NCBI GenBank assembly: GCA_964639965.1
Contig: CAZXGI010000011.1
Location: 1 to 51,069, forward strand
DNA from: an uncultured Rhodospirillaceae bacterium
GTDB taxonomy: Bacteria > Pseudomonadota > Alphaproteobacteria > Rhodospirillales > UBA2165
Reading direction: 5' to 3'
DNA: 51,069 nucleotides
In this document: positions 10,728 through 21,960 of the stretch, piece by piece
Layout: each line of letters starts with the position of its first letter
Position numbering within the stretch: the stretch's first letter is position 1
The notes under the pieces: model-generated
Databases searched by the model: none
The model's input: the letters and a program-made list of their open reading frames with translations, nothing else
Told to the model about the DNA's origin: nothing
Translations under genes and position numbers: made by a program

Positions 10728-11753
10728 CTAACCTCGTTGTTCTTTAATTATTCGTTTTATGCTCGCTAAACCTTTCCAATGTATTTTAGCATCTTGCGCT
10801 GGATTACCGGCAACAGTCTGACCCGGAGGAATATTTTTTGTAACACCACTCTTTCCACTAATTTGTGCTCCATTACCAATCGTAATATGTCCGGCAACAC
10901 CAGCCTGCCCACCGAAGGAGACATAATCTCCAACTACGACACTTCCCGAGATTCCATTTTGCGCTGTGATAAAACAACCTTTTCCAATTTGTACGTTATG
11001 GGCTATGTGTACCAAGTTATCGATTTTAGTCCCATCACCAATAATAGTATCATCACCTGAGCCTCTATCTATAGTAGTATTAGCACCTATTTCTATATCA
11101 TCTCCAATTAAAACCCGACCCAATTGATTGATTTTCGTATGATTGAATTTTCCCGGCGCAAAACCAAAACCATCCTGACCAATACAAACCCCAGGATGAA
11201 TAATATTTTCATTTCCAATAATACAATGTGTTAATGAAACATTAGGGCCTATATAACAATTGTTACCAATCTCAACGCCTGACCCTATATAACTATTCGC
11301 TGAGATCGAACTTCCTTCTCCTATTTTAGTCTTTTGTTTAATAACAGCACCAGTCTCCACAAATACATTTTTCCCAATTATTGCTGAAGAATGTATACTG
11401 GATCCTTTATCAATATGACTCTTTTTGTTCGAATTCGAAGGATAAAATGCGTAAGTCACTTTAGCAAAAGCTAAATAGGGATCATCGGAAATAAGAAGAG
11501 CAGCCCCATGAGGCGCTTTTTCTACTAAATTTGGGGCGATTAAAATTGCACCGGCTTTGGTAGACAAGAAATCATTAATATAGCGCATGTTATGAATAAA
11601 GCTAACGTCTTTTTTCGTCGCAGATGACAGTGGCGCAATATCAAAAAATTGAACATCTGCCTTTACATTTCCTCCAATGTTGGAACCACTAATTTGAGCT
11701 AATTGTTCTACGTTAAATGGTCCCTCTACTTCAAAAAAGCGAGGATCAGCCAT
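10728..11753 (-). CDS. lpxD: UDP-3-O-acylglucosamine N-acyltransferase
   Basis: The protein has a long left-handed beta-helix hexapeptide region. It is 341 aa and lies between skp and fabZ. Confidence 0.92.
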   Translation of the reverse strand: MADPRFFEVEGPFNVEQLAQISGSNIGGNVKADVQFFDIAPLSSATKKDVSFIHNMRYINDFLSTKAGAILIAPNLVEKAPHGAALLISDDPYLAFAKVTYAFYPSNSNKKSHIDKGSSIHSSAIIGKNVFVETGAVIKQKTKIGEGSSISANSYIGSGVEIGNNCYIGPNVSLTHCIIGNENIIHPGVCIGQDGFGFAPGKFNHTKINQLGRVLIGDDIEIGANTTIDRGSGDDTIIGDGTKIDNLVHIAHNVQIGKGCFITAQNGISGSVVVGDYVSFGGQAGVAGHITIGNGAQISGKSGVTKNIPPGQTVAGNPAQDAKIHWKGLASIKRIIKEQRG

Positions 11754-11756
11754 AAA

Positions 11757-12338
11757 TTACTTTCCTATTTTAGCTGCTGGCTTAGGCATGGAATATTTCG
11801 ATATATTTTTGTTTAACTGATCTAAAACAAAGTTCGAAATATCTAAACTATCGGGCCGCACCAGAATTAGTTCTGGGCTATAACGAAAAACCAAATTAAA
11901 GCCATATTTTTTTACCACTCCACCCATAGCTTTTTGCATTGCTTTGTTCCAAGCTATCTCAGTAACCCTTCGGAACTCTAGTAATTCCTGATTGCGAGCC
12001 TGTACCATTTTATTTAATTTAGCCCTTTCCGACCGAAATTTTCCACTTTCTTCAGCAAAAGCATCTGGTGACAAAAGAACTCGCTTTTTTTGTAGCTCGT
12101 CATCGAGTTTTCTAAGAGCTATCTCTTCTCGTTTTATTTCACTCATAAACTTTCGGCGCTTAGAATCAATTTGACGTGCAATATCTTTCGCCAATAAAGA
12201 TCCGCGAGTAACCCTAGTAACATCAACCATTCCCATTTTTAGAGTTATTTTCTTTTCTGCTGAAGACAAATCACCAGGGGTTAATACTGCAATTCCAACA
12301 ATAAAGACAGAAACAACAAAATTAAGAATTAACTTCAA
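11757..12338 (-). CDS. skp: OmpH/Skp-family periplasmic chaperone
   Basis: The protein has a signal peptide and a charged coiled-coil-like body. It occupies the canonical position between bamA and lpxD. Confidence 0.8.
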   Translation of the reverse strand: MKLILNFVVSVFIVGIAVLTPGDLSSAEKKITLKMGMVDVTRVTRGSLLAKDIARQIDSKRRKFMSEIKREEIALRKLDDELQKKRVLLSPDAFAEESGKFRSERAKLNKMVQARNQELLEFRRVTEIAWNKAMQKAMGGVVKKYGFNLVFRYSPELILVRPDSLDISNFVLDQLNKNISKYSMPKPAAKIGK

Positions 12339-14612
12339 TTAAAACCTCGTTCCAAAGTTAAATCTGATGAGTTCGGTTTTGTCATAATTTTCTTTTTTTA
12401 ACGCCCACCCAAAATCAACAACAATGGGGCCAAACGGCGAAACCCATCCTATACCGGTACCAGCTGACACCCTAAGACTACCTGAATCTTTTATATTTGA
12501 ATTTGACGGATTAACTTCAGTTAAACCACCAACATCTGCAAAAATTTGTCCAGTAATCCCAAGCTCATTGGGTAATCCAAGTGGAAACTTCAATTCAGTA
12601 GATCCTGTATAAAGCCATTCGCCTCCTAGTGAGTCGTCGGTATTTGTATCGCGAGGACCAGCTCCAGCATTGGTAAAACCCCTCAAATTCATCCCACCAA
12701 GCACAAATCTATCAGGTATTTTAACATCTTGGTCAATCCCAAGTATATGACCAGTTTCCCCTTTAATATTAAAAACCCAACCTCCAAAAAGTTCATGGTA
12801 TTGAACAGCTTTGACCGTATTTCGTAAATATCTAATATTACCGCCTAGTCCAGCTATATCATTGGTCATTTGAAGCCTATAACCATCCTTTGGATTAATC
12901 CGACTATCAAGAGTACTATAGCTTAGGGTTTGTCCAATCTGCGATAAGAAACGTGAACCGGCCTGAGCTTTGATCAAATTAGATGCAGATACTGAAACAT
13001 TCTCAATTTTTGCCGATTCTATTTTATATCGTAAACTTTGTCTCAGGTTACTCGAAAGGGGATACCCGGAGCGTAATCCCAATCCTGTTTTCTTTGAATC
13101 GTAAGAACTTGAAGACTGCAGATTTCTAATTACATGATAAGCGTCAAAACCCGCGGCTATATCTCGATCTAAAAAATAAGGCTCCGTAAATGAAATACTG
13201 GCTTGCGATTTTTCGCCAGCCAATGTCCCAGAAAAACCCAATTTTTGACCTTTGCCTAATAAATTGTTTTCTTTTATTCCAAATTCTATTAGAGCACCAA
13301 CATCTGTTGAATAACCTGCGCCAAAAGTTAGAGAACCTGTTGATTTTTCTTCAACGTCAACACCAATAATAACTTTATCAGGCGCACTTCCTTGTTTTCT
13401 TTTAAAGTCAACTTTATTAAAAAAATTCAAATCTTGAATTCGTTGGCGTCCTCGACGCAATTTCGAAGCATTAAAAGCATCACCTTCGGCTATTTGAGTT
13501 TCTCTTCGAATTACCTTATCAATCGTTCGGACATTGCCCGTTATATCAAATCTTTCAACGAAAACCCGCGGACCTTCCCTAACCTCAAAAGTTACATTAA
13601 CCACCTTAGTTTTTCTATCCCGATCAAGTTTTGGTCGAATTTCAACAAAAGCAAACCCACGATTGCCAACACTATCGGTTATCGCGTCTACAACCTCATC
13701 AATCTTCTTGTTATTGAACCGGTCACCTTTCTTAAAAGTAACTAATTTTGTTAGTAATTTAGGATCAACACCCCGCATATCGGAAGATACCTCAACATTA
13801 CCAAACCTATAACGAGTTCCTTCATTTATGCTAAAGGTAATAAAAAATGCTTTGCCGTCCGGAGTTAACTCACCTACCGCAGATTCGACGCGAAAACCTG
13901 CAAAACCTTTTGACAAGTAATGGCGACGTAATAATTCTTGATCTAAAGCTAGACGATCAGGGTCATACGTATCATCGGATGATAAAAACCGATACCATCG
14001 GGTCTCTTTACTTCGAATAATATTGCGAAGATCTGAGTCACTCTCAAATCTATTCCCAACAAAACTTATACGCTCAACCTTAGTTAACGGACCTTCGCTA
14101 ACTTCAAAAACAAGGTCTGCTCTATTTTGGGGGAGTTGAATTACTTTAGGCACCACGGAAGCTGAAAAACGTCCATTTGCACGGTAAAGTTGAAGAATTC
14201 TTTTTACATCAGCTTGAACTTTGGTTCGAGTGAATACAACCCGTGGACGCAAAACAATTTCTTTACGCAAATCAGCATCTTCAATCGTTTTAGCACCTTC
14301 AAAAGCTATCCTATTAATAATTGGGTTTTCTACGACTTGAACAATAAGTGAATTTTTTTCCTTTCTAATAACCACATCGGCAAATAATCCAGTTGAATAT
14401 AAACTTTTCAGTGACTGATCCATACGACGTCTATCAAACAATTGTCCTTCTTGCAGCAAGATGTAGGAACGTACCGTATCACTTTCGATTCGCTTTACTC
14501 CCTGAATAACGATATCCTTAATTATGTCCGCTTTCTGGCCATTCGTTGGTAGAGGCAGTAAAACAGCTAATAAAAGTCCCATACCCAAGGTAAAATTTCT
14601 AATCCAAATCAA
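12339..14612 (-). CDS. bamA: outer membrane protein assembly factor BamA
   Basis: The 757-aa protein has a signal peptide, repeated POTRA-like segments and a C-terminal beta-barrel ending in ...RFNFGTRF. Confidence 0.94.
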   Translation of the reverse strand: MIWIRNFTLGMGLLLAVLLPLPTNGQKADIIKDIVIQGVKRIESDTVRSYILLQEGQLFDRRRMDQSLKSLYSTGLFADVVIRKEKNSLIVQVVENPIINRIAFEGAKTIEDADLRKEIVLRPRVVFTRTKVQADVKRILQLYRANGRFSASVVPKVIQLPQNRADLVFEVSEGPLTKVERISFVGNRFESDSDLRNIIRSKETRWYRFLSSDDTYDPDRLALDQELLRRHYLSKGFAGFRVESAVGELTPDGKAFFITFSINEGTRYRFGNVEVSSDMRGVDPKLLTKLVTFKKGDRFNNKKIDEVVDAITDSVGNRGFAFVEIRPKLDRDRKTKVVNVTFEVREGPRVFVERFDITGNVRTIDKVIRRETQIAEGDAFNASKLRRGRQRIQDLNFFNKVDFKRKQGSAPDKVIIGVDVEEKSTGSLTFGAGYSTDVGALIEFGIKENNLLGKGQKLGFSGTLAGEKSQASISFTEPYFLDRDIAAGFDAYHVIRNLQSSSSYDSKKTGLGLRSGYPLSSNLRQSLRYKIESAKIENVSVSASNLIKAQAGSRFLSQIGQTLSYSTLDSRINPKDGYRLQMTNDIAGLGGNIRYLRNTVKAVQYHELFGGWVFNIKGETGHILGIDQDVKIPDRFVLGGMNLRGFTNAGAGPRDTNTDDSLGGEWLYTGSTELKFPLGLPNELGITGQIFADVGGLTEVNPSNSNIKDSGSLRVSAGTGIGWVSPFGPIVVDFGWALKKENYDKTELIRFNFGTRF

Positions 14613-14704
14613 CTCTTAACCCCTAATTAAGATCTCTTAATATTCTAAACGAAATTTAACTTCAAATCACGCAATTCCGAGATCAATAAGTAAACATAAA
14701 ATAA

Positions 14705-15889
14705 TTACATTAAAATATTTGCTATCGTTTCAAAAAACTTTAAATACACAAGATCATTCCAAGTAACAAACAAAAACAAAGCTCCTACTAAGGCCAAACC
14801 AACTTTTAATCCAAACTCTTGAGCTTTAGGACCTAAGGGCCGGCCTCTAATAGCCTCAATAATATAGAAGGCTAAATGCCCACCATCTAATAACGGAATT
14901 GGAAATAAATTAATTAATCCTAAGTTGATGGAAAGAATCGCTAAGAAAGATATAAAGCTAGCTATCCCAAGCTCGGCTACCTGGCCAGAAATCTGAGCAA
15001 TCCTTAACACACCACCTAGTTGATCCGCCGATTGCTCTGCTGTAAAAATATCCCATATATATTCGAGAATACGTGCCGTAAAAAAATAAGTACGTTCAAA
15101 ACCTAGCCAAATAGCTTCGAGAGGGTTTTTGCGAATATATTGTATTTCCCCTGGATGAACTGAAATTCCAAGTAATCCTTGTTTTTCTTCTTTACCTTTT
15201 ATATTTTTCGCGATTTTTGATCCAATAATGAAATTCAAAGTAATATTCTTGCCATTACGTAAAATATCAACAGAAATTCTTTTATTGGGTCTAGTTTGAA
15301 TAATTTTTTGTAAATCAGCAAAATACATAATTTTATTCTGATCAATCGCAATAATTTGATCTCCAGACTTTAAGCCTCCAGTATCAGCCGCACTGCCTGA
15401 TGAAACGTTCCCAACTACAGCCAAAGGTCTATCTGAAACGGGTTCAGGGATTCCCAGAAAAACAAAAAGAACTGTAAATGCGAGTATAGCAAAAATAAAA
15501 TTGATTAGAGGACCTGCGACAACTATTGATGAACGCTGAAATAACGTTTTATGATGAAATGATACCTTTTTTTCTTCTTCTGTCATTTGGCGTTCTTTTT
15601 CTTCCTTGTCTTTTATCTCTAAAATAGTTTCACTCTCTCCAAACATTTTCACATAACCACCCAATGGAATAGCGCTGATTTTCCAACGCGTCCCGTGACT
15701 ATCGTTCCATCCACATAACTCTGGTCCAAAACCAATTGAAAACACTTCAACTCTTACGTTACACCGTCTTGCTACCGTATAATGCCCTAGTTCATGTACA
15801 AAAACCAAAACTGTCAAAGCCACCAAAAATGGGACGCCAATCTCCCAAATAAAACTCAATTTCTCAAATAAAAGACCTATAATATCCAT
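14705..15889 (-). CDS. rseP: RIP metalloprotease RseP (site-2 protease)
   Basis: The protein has HELGHY in the first transmembrane segment, a PDZ-like middle (GLKSGDQIIAID) and NLFPIPLLDGGH. I preferred the ATG at 15889 over the TTG at 15934 in the ORF track. Confidence 0.9.
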   Translation of the reverse strand: MDIIGLLFEKLSFIWEIGVPFLVALTVLVFVHELGHYTVARRCNVRVEVFSIGFGPELCGWNDSHGTRWKISAIPLGGYVKMFGESETILEIKDKEEKERQMTEEEKKVSFHHKTLFQRSSIVVAGPLINFIFAILAFTVLFVFLGIPEPVSDRPLAVVGNVSSGSAADTGGLKSGDQIIAIDQNKIMYFADLQKIIQTRPNKRISVDILRNGKNITLNFIIGSKIAKNIKGKEEKQGLLGISVHPGEIQYIRKNPLEAIWLGFERTYFFTARILEYIWDIFTAEQSADQLGGVLRIAQISGQVAELGIASFISFLAILSINLGLINLFPIPLLDGGHLAFYIIEAIRGRPLGPKAQEFGLKVGLALVGALFLFVTWNDLVYLKFFETIANILM

Positions 15890-15934
15890 ACTATCCTCAA
15901 ATGCTTCTATAAAAAGAGCGCTACTGTGGTTCAA

Positions 15935-17128
15935 TTAAGTCAGGGTACATGCAATTTTTTCGGCTTTTTTGCGTGCCTTCAAATCACAATTTATTATTTC
16001 ATCCAACTTCGTTAGAGCAATATTGGGAATTTCGTTTAAAACTTCTTCTATTACATTAGTTATATCAAGAAAACCAATCCGATTCTCAAGAAAACACTTT
16101 ACAGCAACCTCATTTGCCGCATTTAATATTGTAGGCATGGCTCCTCCCATTTTCAAGGCATGTCGTGCTAATACTAATGCCCGAAAGCGTTTGAGGTCCG
16201 GTTTCTTAAAGGTAAGTTCATTGAATTTACTGAGGTCTAGGGTTTTAGTGGGTGTTTTCATACGATTGGGCCAAGCTAAAGCATAAGAAATAGGTGTTCT
16301 CATATCTGGCATCCCCATTTGGGCGAGAACCGAGCCATCTTTGTACATCACCATACTATGAACAACAGATTGCGGATGTAACAAAATATCAATTTGCTCT
16401 TCTTTGACTGGAAATAGATAAAAGGCTTCGATTAACTCTAAGCCCTTGTTCATCATGGTTGCCGAGTCAACTGAGATTTTTGCGCCCATATCCCAATTAG
16501 GATGTTTAGTAGCTTGAGCCGGCGTAACTTTCCCCATATCTACATACGACGTTTTGATAAATGGCCCACCTGAAGCAGTTAAAGTTAATTTTTCTACACT
16601 TTCAACCTGATTAAAATTGAATACTTGAAAAATTGCATTGTGTTCAGAATCAATCGGAATTAGGGTTGCTCCGCTCTGCTCAATTTCGTCGAGAAACACG
16701 CGACCAGAACAAACCAAACACTCTTTGTTCGCGAGTCCTATTATGCATCCTCGCCTCACAGCAGTTAAAGTAGGTTCCAGACCTGCGATGCCTACAATAC
16801 CCGCAATTACGATATCAGAACTTAAGTCAGCGGCTTCACATAATCCGGATATTCCTGCACCAGCCTTGACTTTAGTCTCTTGTAACCCTTCTTTAAGTTC
16901 ACCATAAAGATCTTCATCACCAATAACAGCTAGTTTAGGTTCAAAAATCCTTGCTTGTTCTATTAGCAATTTAACATTCTTATTTCCGGTTATTGCTATA
17001 ACTTCAAAATGTTCAGGAGCGTAATTTACTAGGTCTAAGGTGCTACAACCTATGGAACCCGTAGATCCTAAGATGGTCACACTTCGTTTTACAAAACGAC
17101 TTGAATCAAGATTTTGAAGAATTTTCAT
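15935..17128 (-). CDS. dxr: 1-deoxy-D-xylulose 5-phosphate reductoisomerase
   Basis: ILGSTGSIG is the NADPH-binding motif, and DSEHNAIFQ is also present. The ATG at 17128 forms an ATGA overlap with the cdsA stop. The ORF track uses the TTG at 17134. Confidence 0.93.
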   Translation of the reverse strand: MKILQNLDSSRFVKRSVTILGSTGSIGCSTLDLVNYAPEHFEVIAITGNKNVKLLIEQARIFEPKLAVIGDEDLYGELKEGLQETKVKAGAGISGLCEAADLSSDIVIAGIVGIAGLEPTLTAVRRGCIIGLANKECLVCSGRVFLDEIEQSGATLIPIDSEHNAIFQVFNFNQVESVEKLTLTASGGPFIKTSYVDMGKVTPAQATKHPNWDMGAKISVDSATMMNKGLELIEAFYLFPVKEEQIDILLHPQSVVHSMVMYKDGSVLAQMGMPDMRTPISYALAWPNRMKTPTKTLDLSKFNELTFKKPDLKRFRALVLARHALKMGGAMPTILNAANEVAVKCFLENRIGFLDITNVIEEVLNEIPNIALTKLDEIINCDLKARKKAEKIACTLT

Positions 17129-17790
17129 TTCCAAGAAATCTCATGATTTTGGAAAATAAACGCAACAAAACCAGCTACAGGTGCACTCAATAAAATTGAA
17201 TCGACCCTATCTAAAATACCACCGTGTCCAGGAATTAACGTTCCCGTATCCTTGACTCCCAACCGCCGTTTACACCAAGATTCAAAAAGATCTCCGATTT
17301 GCCCAACAATTGACAGTAAAATACAACCTAAAGTAAGAATTAAAAAATTAATTGTTAACGAAAAAAATAAGTCCAGAAGTAAACTCGAAATCAGAGCTAT
17401 AAACAATCCTCCAATAAAACCTGACCATGTTTTGTTGGGACTTATTCTTGGTGCTAGTTTGGCCCCTCCGATGGTTCTGCCTACTAAATACGCACCAATG
17501 TCAGTGGCCCAAATTACAACAAAAAACCAAATAACAAAATACAGTCCATACTCTCCATGATTTCTAAGCCAGATTAAAATTAGACACGGAGACAATATAT
17601 AAAAAAAACCGACTAACATTATGATTATATTACTTATTTTTAGATTATTGAACAGAACTAACCTATACCATTCTATTATCCCTAAAAGCCCGACAAATAG
17701 AATAAATGTTTCAAAGTATGGCGAACCTAGAAAAATTATCACTAATGCAAACGTTGCCATTACAATTGCTGATAGTGTTCGAATTACCAT
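17125..17790 (-). CDS. cdsA: phosphatidate cytidylyltransferase
   Basis: This is a polytopic membrane protein with the C-terminal signature SWCKRRLGVKDTGTLIPGHGGILDRVDS. Confidence 0.9.
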   Translation of the reverse strand: MVIRTLSAIVMATFALVIIFLGSPYFETFILFVGLLGIIEWYRLVLFNNLKISNIIIMLVGFFYILSPCLILIWLRNHGEYGLYFVIWFFVVIWATDIGAYLVGRTIGGAKLAPRISPNKTWSGFIGGLFIALISSLLLDLFFSLTINFLILTLGCILLSIVGQIGDLFESWCKRRLGVKDTGTLIPGHGGILDRVDSILLSAPVAGFVAFIFQNHEISWK

Positions 17791-17818
17791 TGGCTAACTT
17801 ATACTATTTCATTAACCG

Positions 17819-18553
17819 CTATACATTAGAACCATAACGTCTTTCACGACGATTAAATTCAGAGATAGCGTTTACAAAGCCGGCTTCGTTAAAATCCGGC
17901 CACAAACAATCGACAAAAATTAATTCGGCGTAGGCCAACTGCCAAAGCAAAAAATTGCTAATTCTTTTTTCACCGCTCGTTCGAATTAAGAGATCAGGAT
18001 CAGGGACGTCACTGGTGTCTAGATATCGCTTGATCATGTCTTCATCAATTTGATCAATCCTTATGTCTCCCGCAACCGATTTCTTAGCTAATATTCTAAC
18101 GGCATTTGTAATTTCTTTTCGGCTTCCATAACTTAGTGCAATTATCAAATCGATAGTAGTATTGTTAGCGGTACGTTTCTCACAGTCTTCAATTAATTTA
18201 ACAATATCACTACTTAAGTCTACGCGTTCTCCAATAACACGAAGACGAACACCGTTCTCGTGAAGTTCAGTTATTTCGCTTCTAAGATACTGACGGAGAA
18301 GTACCATCAAGTCATTAACTTCATTTTCTGGTCTCTTCCAATTTTCAGATGAAAAGCTAAAAAGTGTTAAATACCTAATCCCATATTTAATTGCACTTCC
18401 AACTACCAATTTAACAGCATCTGCACCGCGCCTATGGCCTGCAATTCTTGGCAAGCCCCGAGCCTTTGCCCATCGGCCATTGCCATCCATAATTATTGCT
18501 ACATGACAAGGTATAACAAAATCGTTATTTTGAGGATACAGTTCAGCAGTCAT
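17819..18553 (-). CDS. uppS: undecaprenyl diphosphate synthase
   Basis: HVAIIMDGNGRWA and RTSGEKRISNFLLWQLAYAEL are UppS motifs. Confidence 0.94.
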   Translation of the reverse strand: MTAELYPQNNDFVIPCHVAIIMDGNGRWAKARGLPRIAGHRRGADAVKLVVGSAIKYGIRYLTLFSFSSENWKRPENEVNDLMVLLRQYLRSEITELHENGVRLRVIGERVDLSSDIVKLIEDCEKRTANNTTIDLIIALSYGSRKEITNAVRILAKKSVAGDIRIDQIDEDMIKRYLDTSDVPDPDLLIRTSGEKRISNFLLWQLAYAELIFVDCLWPDFNEAGFVNAISEFNRRERRYGSNV

Positions 18554-18571
18554 AATGAATCATTACAGGTA

Positions 18572-19132
18572 TTAAACCTGCATTATCTCCTTTTCCTTAT
18601 TTTCAAGAGTGTCATCAACTTTCTTAACAAATTCATTGGTAATATTTTGAATTTCTCGATCGTAATCGTGATGCTCATCCTTAGAAATATTACCATCTTT
18701 TTCTGCTTTTTTTAATTCATCCATAGCATGCCGACGGACATTACGAAGGGCTATTCGTGTGTCCTCCGCATATTTGCCCGCAATTTTTGTAATCTCAACC
18801 CGACGTTCTTCATTGAGGGGAGGAATTGGAATTCTTACAAGTTGGCCTTCAGAAGTTGGGTTCAGGCCTAAATCAGATTCACGGATTGCTTTTTCAACAT
18901 TAGAAACCAACCCTTTATCCCAAACTTGAACTGTCAACATCCTAGGTTCGGGAGATCCTATAGTTCCCACTTGGTTCATAGGCATTTGTTGGCCATACGC
19001 ATCAACCGAAACTGGTTCTAATAAACTGACAGAAGCACGACCAGTCCTTAGCCCATTAAATTCTCGAGAAAGAACCTCAAGCGCACCCTCCATCCTTCTC
19101 TGGATATCTTTATATTCTTTATCAAAATCCAT
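18572..19132 (-). CDS. frr: ribosome recycling factor
   Basis: The 186-aa protein contains [12 protein letters not shown] and [11 protein letters not shown]. Its ATG directly abuts the pyrH stop. Confidence 0.94.
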   Translation of the reverse strand: MDFDKEYKDIQRRMEGALEVLSREFNGLRTGRASVSLLEPVSVDAYGQQMPMNQVGTIGSPEPRMLTVQVWDKGLVSNVEKAIRESDLGLNPTSEGQLVRIPIPPLNEERRVEITKIAGKYAEDTRIALRNVRRHAMDELKKAEKDGNISKDEHHDYDREIQNITNEFVKKVDDTLENKEKEIMQV

Positions 19133-19864
19133 TTAATTTTGCCCTTCACTAATTACTGTAGAATCACCCTTACCGGTCATAACATCAGCAAAAGCCCCTT
19201 TCGACTGTATTGAAAAAACAATGATAGGAATAGAATTTTCTCGACAAAGTGAAACAGCCGATGCATCCATGACTTTCAAATCACGAGCTAACACTTCCAG
19301 ATATGAAAGAGTATCATAGCGTTCAGCAGATTCATCCGTCTTTGGGTCCCCACTGTAAACACCGTTTACTTGTGTACCCTTTAGTAGAGCATCACAATTC
19401 ATCTCAGCTGCACGAAGCGCAGCAGCCGTATCTGTCGTGAAATAAGGGTTTCCTGTTCCTGCTGCAAAAATAACCACCCTACCTTTTTCCATATGCCGTT
19501 CAGCGCGACGGCGAATATATGGTTCACAAACATTGGCCATAGGGATTGCGGAAAGCACCCGAGTTGTTACATTCAAACTTTCAAGAACCGATTGCACTGC
19601 TATTGCATTCATTACAGTTGCCAACATTCCCATATAATCAGCACTCGACCTATCTAAACCGGCAGAGACACCTTTAAGACCTCGAAAAATATTACCTGCA
19701 CCAATCACAATACAAATCTGTACACCCATCTTGCGTACAATTTTTAATTCTTGAGCTATTCGTTTTATCGCTTTTGGGTCAAAACCAAATTCGTTTTTTC
19801 CCATTAAACCTTCACCTGAAAGTTTCAGTAAAACCCTATTGTATTTTGGAATTTTTGCATTCAT
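19133..19864 (-). CDS. pyrH: UMP kinase
   Basis: [17 protein letters not shown] and [12 protein letters not shown] are PyrH motifs. Confidence 0.95.
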   Translation of the reverse strand: MNAKIPKYNRVLLKLSGEGLMGKNEFGFDPKAIKRIAQELKIVRKMGVQICIVIGAGNIFRGLKGVSAGLDRSSADYMGMLATVMNAIAVQSVLESLNVTTRVLSAIPMANVCEPYIRRRAERHMEKGRVVIFAAGTGNPYFTTDTAAALRAAEMNCDALLKGTQVNGVYSGDPKTDESAERYDTLSYLEVLARDLKVMDASAVSLCRENSIPIIVFSIQSKGAFADVMTGKGDSTVISEGQN

Positions 19865-20033
19865 GGCTCAGTTTTCCCATTCAATTTTCTATCTTAAGCC
19901 AAGAAATAGCAAACCGTTAATAGCTATAGCCTTCGCATCCTAACAGAATTAGAGTAACAAAAGAATTTAAATACGAAAAACTAGTTAAGTAAACGGTAAA
20001 GGTTATATAGTTAAGAAGATTTAATTAGATAAA

Positions 20034-20969
20034 TTATGTATTCTTAGACCCACTAGCAACAGCAGCTACTTCAGCAGCAAAATCCTCTTCCTCTTTTTCA
20101 ATCCCATCACCTAGCGCAAATCTTATAAAATCTGATAAAATAATTGAGGAGCCAATCCTTGAGGCACATGCCTCTATCGCCTTCTCGACCGTAATATCTG
20201 GATCAACAACATAGGTTTGCTCCAATAAACAAATTTCTGAGTAATACTTTCGTAAACGGCCCTCAACCATTTTTTCGATAATATCACTGGGCTTACCTGA
20301 ATCCCTCGCCTGTTCCATTAATATGGATTTTTCTCTTTCTAAATCAGTTACATTAACCTTATCACGACTTAAAGCTATTGGGTTTGCTGCAGCAACATGC
20401 ATAGCAATTTGTTTGCCAAAAGCTGTAAGTTCCGGCTCGTCTCCTGCAGATTGCAAACCAACGAGCACACCTATCTTTCCAAGACCAGGTTTTATAGCAT
20501 TGTGCATATAGCTAACTACCACACCTTCCTTAACATCAAGAAATGACGAACGGCGCAAATTCAAATTTTCACCAATTGTAGCAATTTGATGGGTAAGCTG
20601 TTCATCGACAGTCCCTCCACCTGGGTAATGTGCCTTCTTTATAATCTCAAGTTTACCATCACTTTGAAGTGCAATTTTACAAATTTCCTCAGTAACTTCC
20701 TGAAATGTTGCATTTCGAGCGACAAAATCAGTTTCCGCATTCAGCTCTATAATAGCTCCTGTATTTTTAGAAGTGATTACGCCAACAAGACCTTCTGACG
20801 CTGCTCTTCCAGATTTTTTTGCAGCAGCCGCTAATCCCTGTGATCGTAACCAATCTACTGAAGATTCGATATCAGCGTTATTTTCATTCAACGCCTTTTT
20901 GCAATCCATCATGCCTGCTCCAGTAATGTCTCTCAGCTCTTTGACAAGAGCAGCCGTAATATCCCCCAT
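20034..20969 (-). CDS. tsf: translation elongation factor Ts
   Basis: The N-terminus is ITAALVKELRDITGAGMMDCKKAL. The gene lies downstream of rpsB. Confidence 0.95.
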   Translation of the reverse strand: MGDITAALVKELRDITGAGMMDCKKALNENNADIESSVDWLRSQGLAAAAKKSGRAASEGLVGVITSKNTGAIIELNAETDFVARNATFQEVTEEICKIALQSDGKLEIIKKAHYPGGGTVDEQLTHQIATIGENLNLRRSSFLDVKEGVVVSYMHNAIKPGLGKIGVLVGLQSAGDEPELTAFGKQIAMHVAAANPIALSRDKVNVTDLEREKSILMEQARDSGKPSDIIEKMVEGRLRKYYSEICLLEQTYVVDPDITVEKAIEACASRIGSSIILSDFIRFALGDGIEKEEEDFAAEVAAVASGSKNT

Positions 20970-21007
20970 TTATAACCTCTATTTTTGCTCTTTAAAGAAA
21001 TCCGTAA

Positions 21008-21859
21008 TTATGATTTTACTTCCTGTTCCAATTCTTTGGGTGAGATTTCTGTCGCAGCCTCAGCGATGCCGGTCTGCTCCGGGGTCTCGACGTCAGGCTC
21101 TGTTGGAAGATTTAAATCTGGAACGTCTTCCTGCTCACCTATATCAGCTCCTGTTTCAGCCATTTCAGTTTGTATTCCTGCCAAAACAGAACCGACAATC
21201 ATGTCACAATAAAAATTAATTGCCCTTATTGAATCATCGTTACCCGGAATAGGAAAATCGATTCCGTCAGGATCTGAATTACTATCAAGAATGCCAACTA
21301 CTGGGATCCCTAGTTTATTTGCCTCTGCAACCGCAATACTTTCTTTATTTGTATCAAGTACAAATACAATATCTGGTAATCCCCCCATTTCCTTGATGCC
21401 ACCTAATGAACGATCTAACTTCTCGTGCTCGCGTGTCAATTTAAGCATTTCCTTTTTTGTTAAACCTGATAATTCTTCATTATCATCGTTTAGTTGCTCA
21501 TCAAGTAATTTTAAGCGACGAATTGAGTTGGAAATAGTCTTCCAATTTGTCAACATTCCGCCGAGCCAACGATGGTTAACATAGTATTGCCCGCAACGTT
21601 TTGCTGATTCTGCTATTGATTTTCCAGCTTGACGTTTTGTGCCAACCCAAAGCACCCGACCACCAGCAGCAACTGCCTCGTTTACTGCTTGCATCGCCCG
21701 ATACATCAACGGAACCGTTTGCTGGAGATCTAGAATATGTATACCTTGTCGAGTTCCGAAGATATATTGTTCCATCTTTGGATCCCAACGCCGGGTTACG
21801 TGCCCAAAATGAACGCCAGCTTCTAGCATCTGACGCATAGTAAATGTTGGTAATGCCAT
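21008..21859 (-). CDS. rpsB: 30S ribosomal protein S2, with an acidic C-terminal tail
   Basis: [13 protein letters not shown] and [11 protein letters not shown] are S2 motifs. An acidic C-terminal extension follows the conserved core. Confidence 0.95.
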   Translation of the reverse strand: MALPTFTMRQMLEAGVHFGHVTRRWDPKMEQYIFGTRQGIHILDLQQTVPLMYRAMQAVNEAVAAGGRVLWVGTKRQAGKSIAESAKRCGQYYVNHRWLGGMLTNWKTISNSIRRLKLLDEQLNDDNEELSGLTKKEMLKLTREHEKLDRSLGGIKEMGGLPDIVFVLDTNKESIAVAEANKLGIPVVGILDSNSDPDGIDFPIPGNDDSIRAINFYCDMIVGSVLAGIQTEMAETGADIGEQEDVPDLNLPTEPDVETPEQTGIAEAATEISPKELEQEVKS

Positions 21860-21960
21860 TTTTTATTCCTATTCCGGTTATACCTCCATGGGCGCTATTT
21901 TGAACCAATCAAAACACCGGAGCGATAAAGTAATGAATTTGCACCACCACCGCTAGCCCA
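21860..21960 (-). promoter_or_regulatory. possible structured 5' leader of rpsB-tsf
   Basis: A relatively GC-rich patch sits in an AT-rich intergenic region. On the minus strand, UGGGC (21960-21956) can pair with GCCCA (21893-21889). AGCG (21954-21951) can pair with CGCU (21924-21921). UUUUGA and UCAAAA form a hairpin at 21914-21898. A competing CCGGU (21920-21916) / ACCGG (21878-21874) pairing is also possible. All stems are short. Confidence 0.25.

Noticed and set aside
20773-21219. A 148-aa plus-strand ORF spans the tsf start and the rpsB end. Similar long antisense or alternate-frame ORFs occur elsewhere, for example 7774..8184, 8665..9033, 13392..13745, 16638..16907, 38174..38428 and 46053..46361.
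   Set aside because: All lie entirely inside, or antisense to, genes with unmistakable conserved products. Their sequences are low-complexity and rich in Ser, Pro and Leu, which is typical of shadow ORFs. None has an independent start context.
21576-21908. A 110-aa minus-strand ORF overlaps the rpsB 5' end and leader.
   Set aside because: It is out of frame with the clearly genuine rpsB, and its product has no recognisable features. It is better explained as a chance ORF across the leader region.
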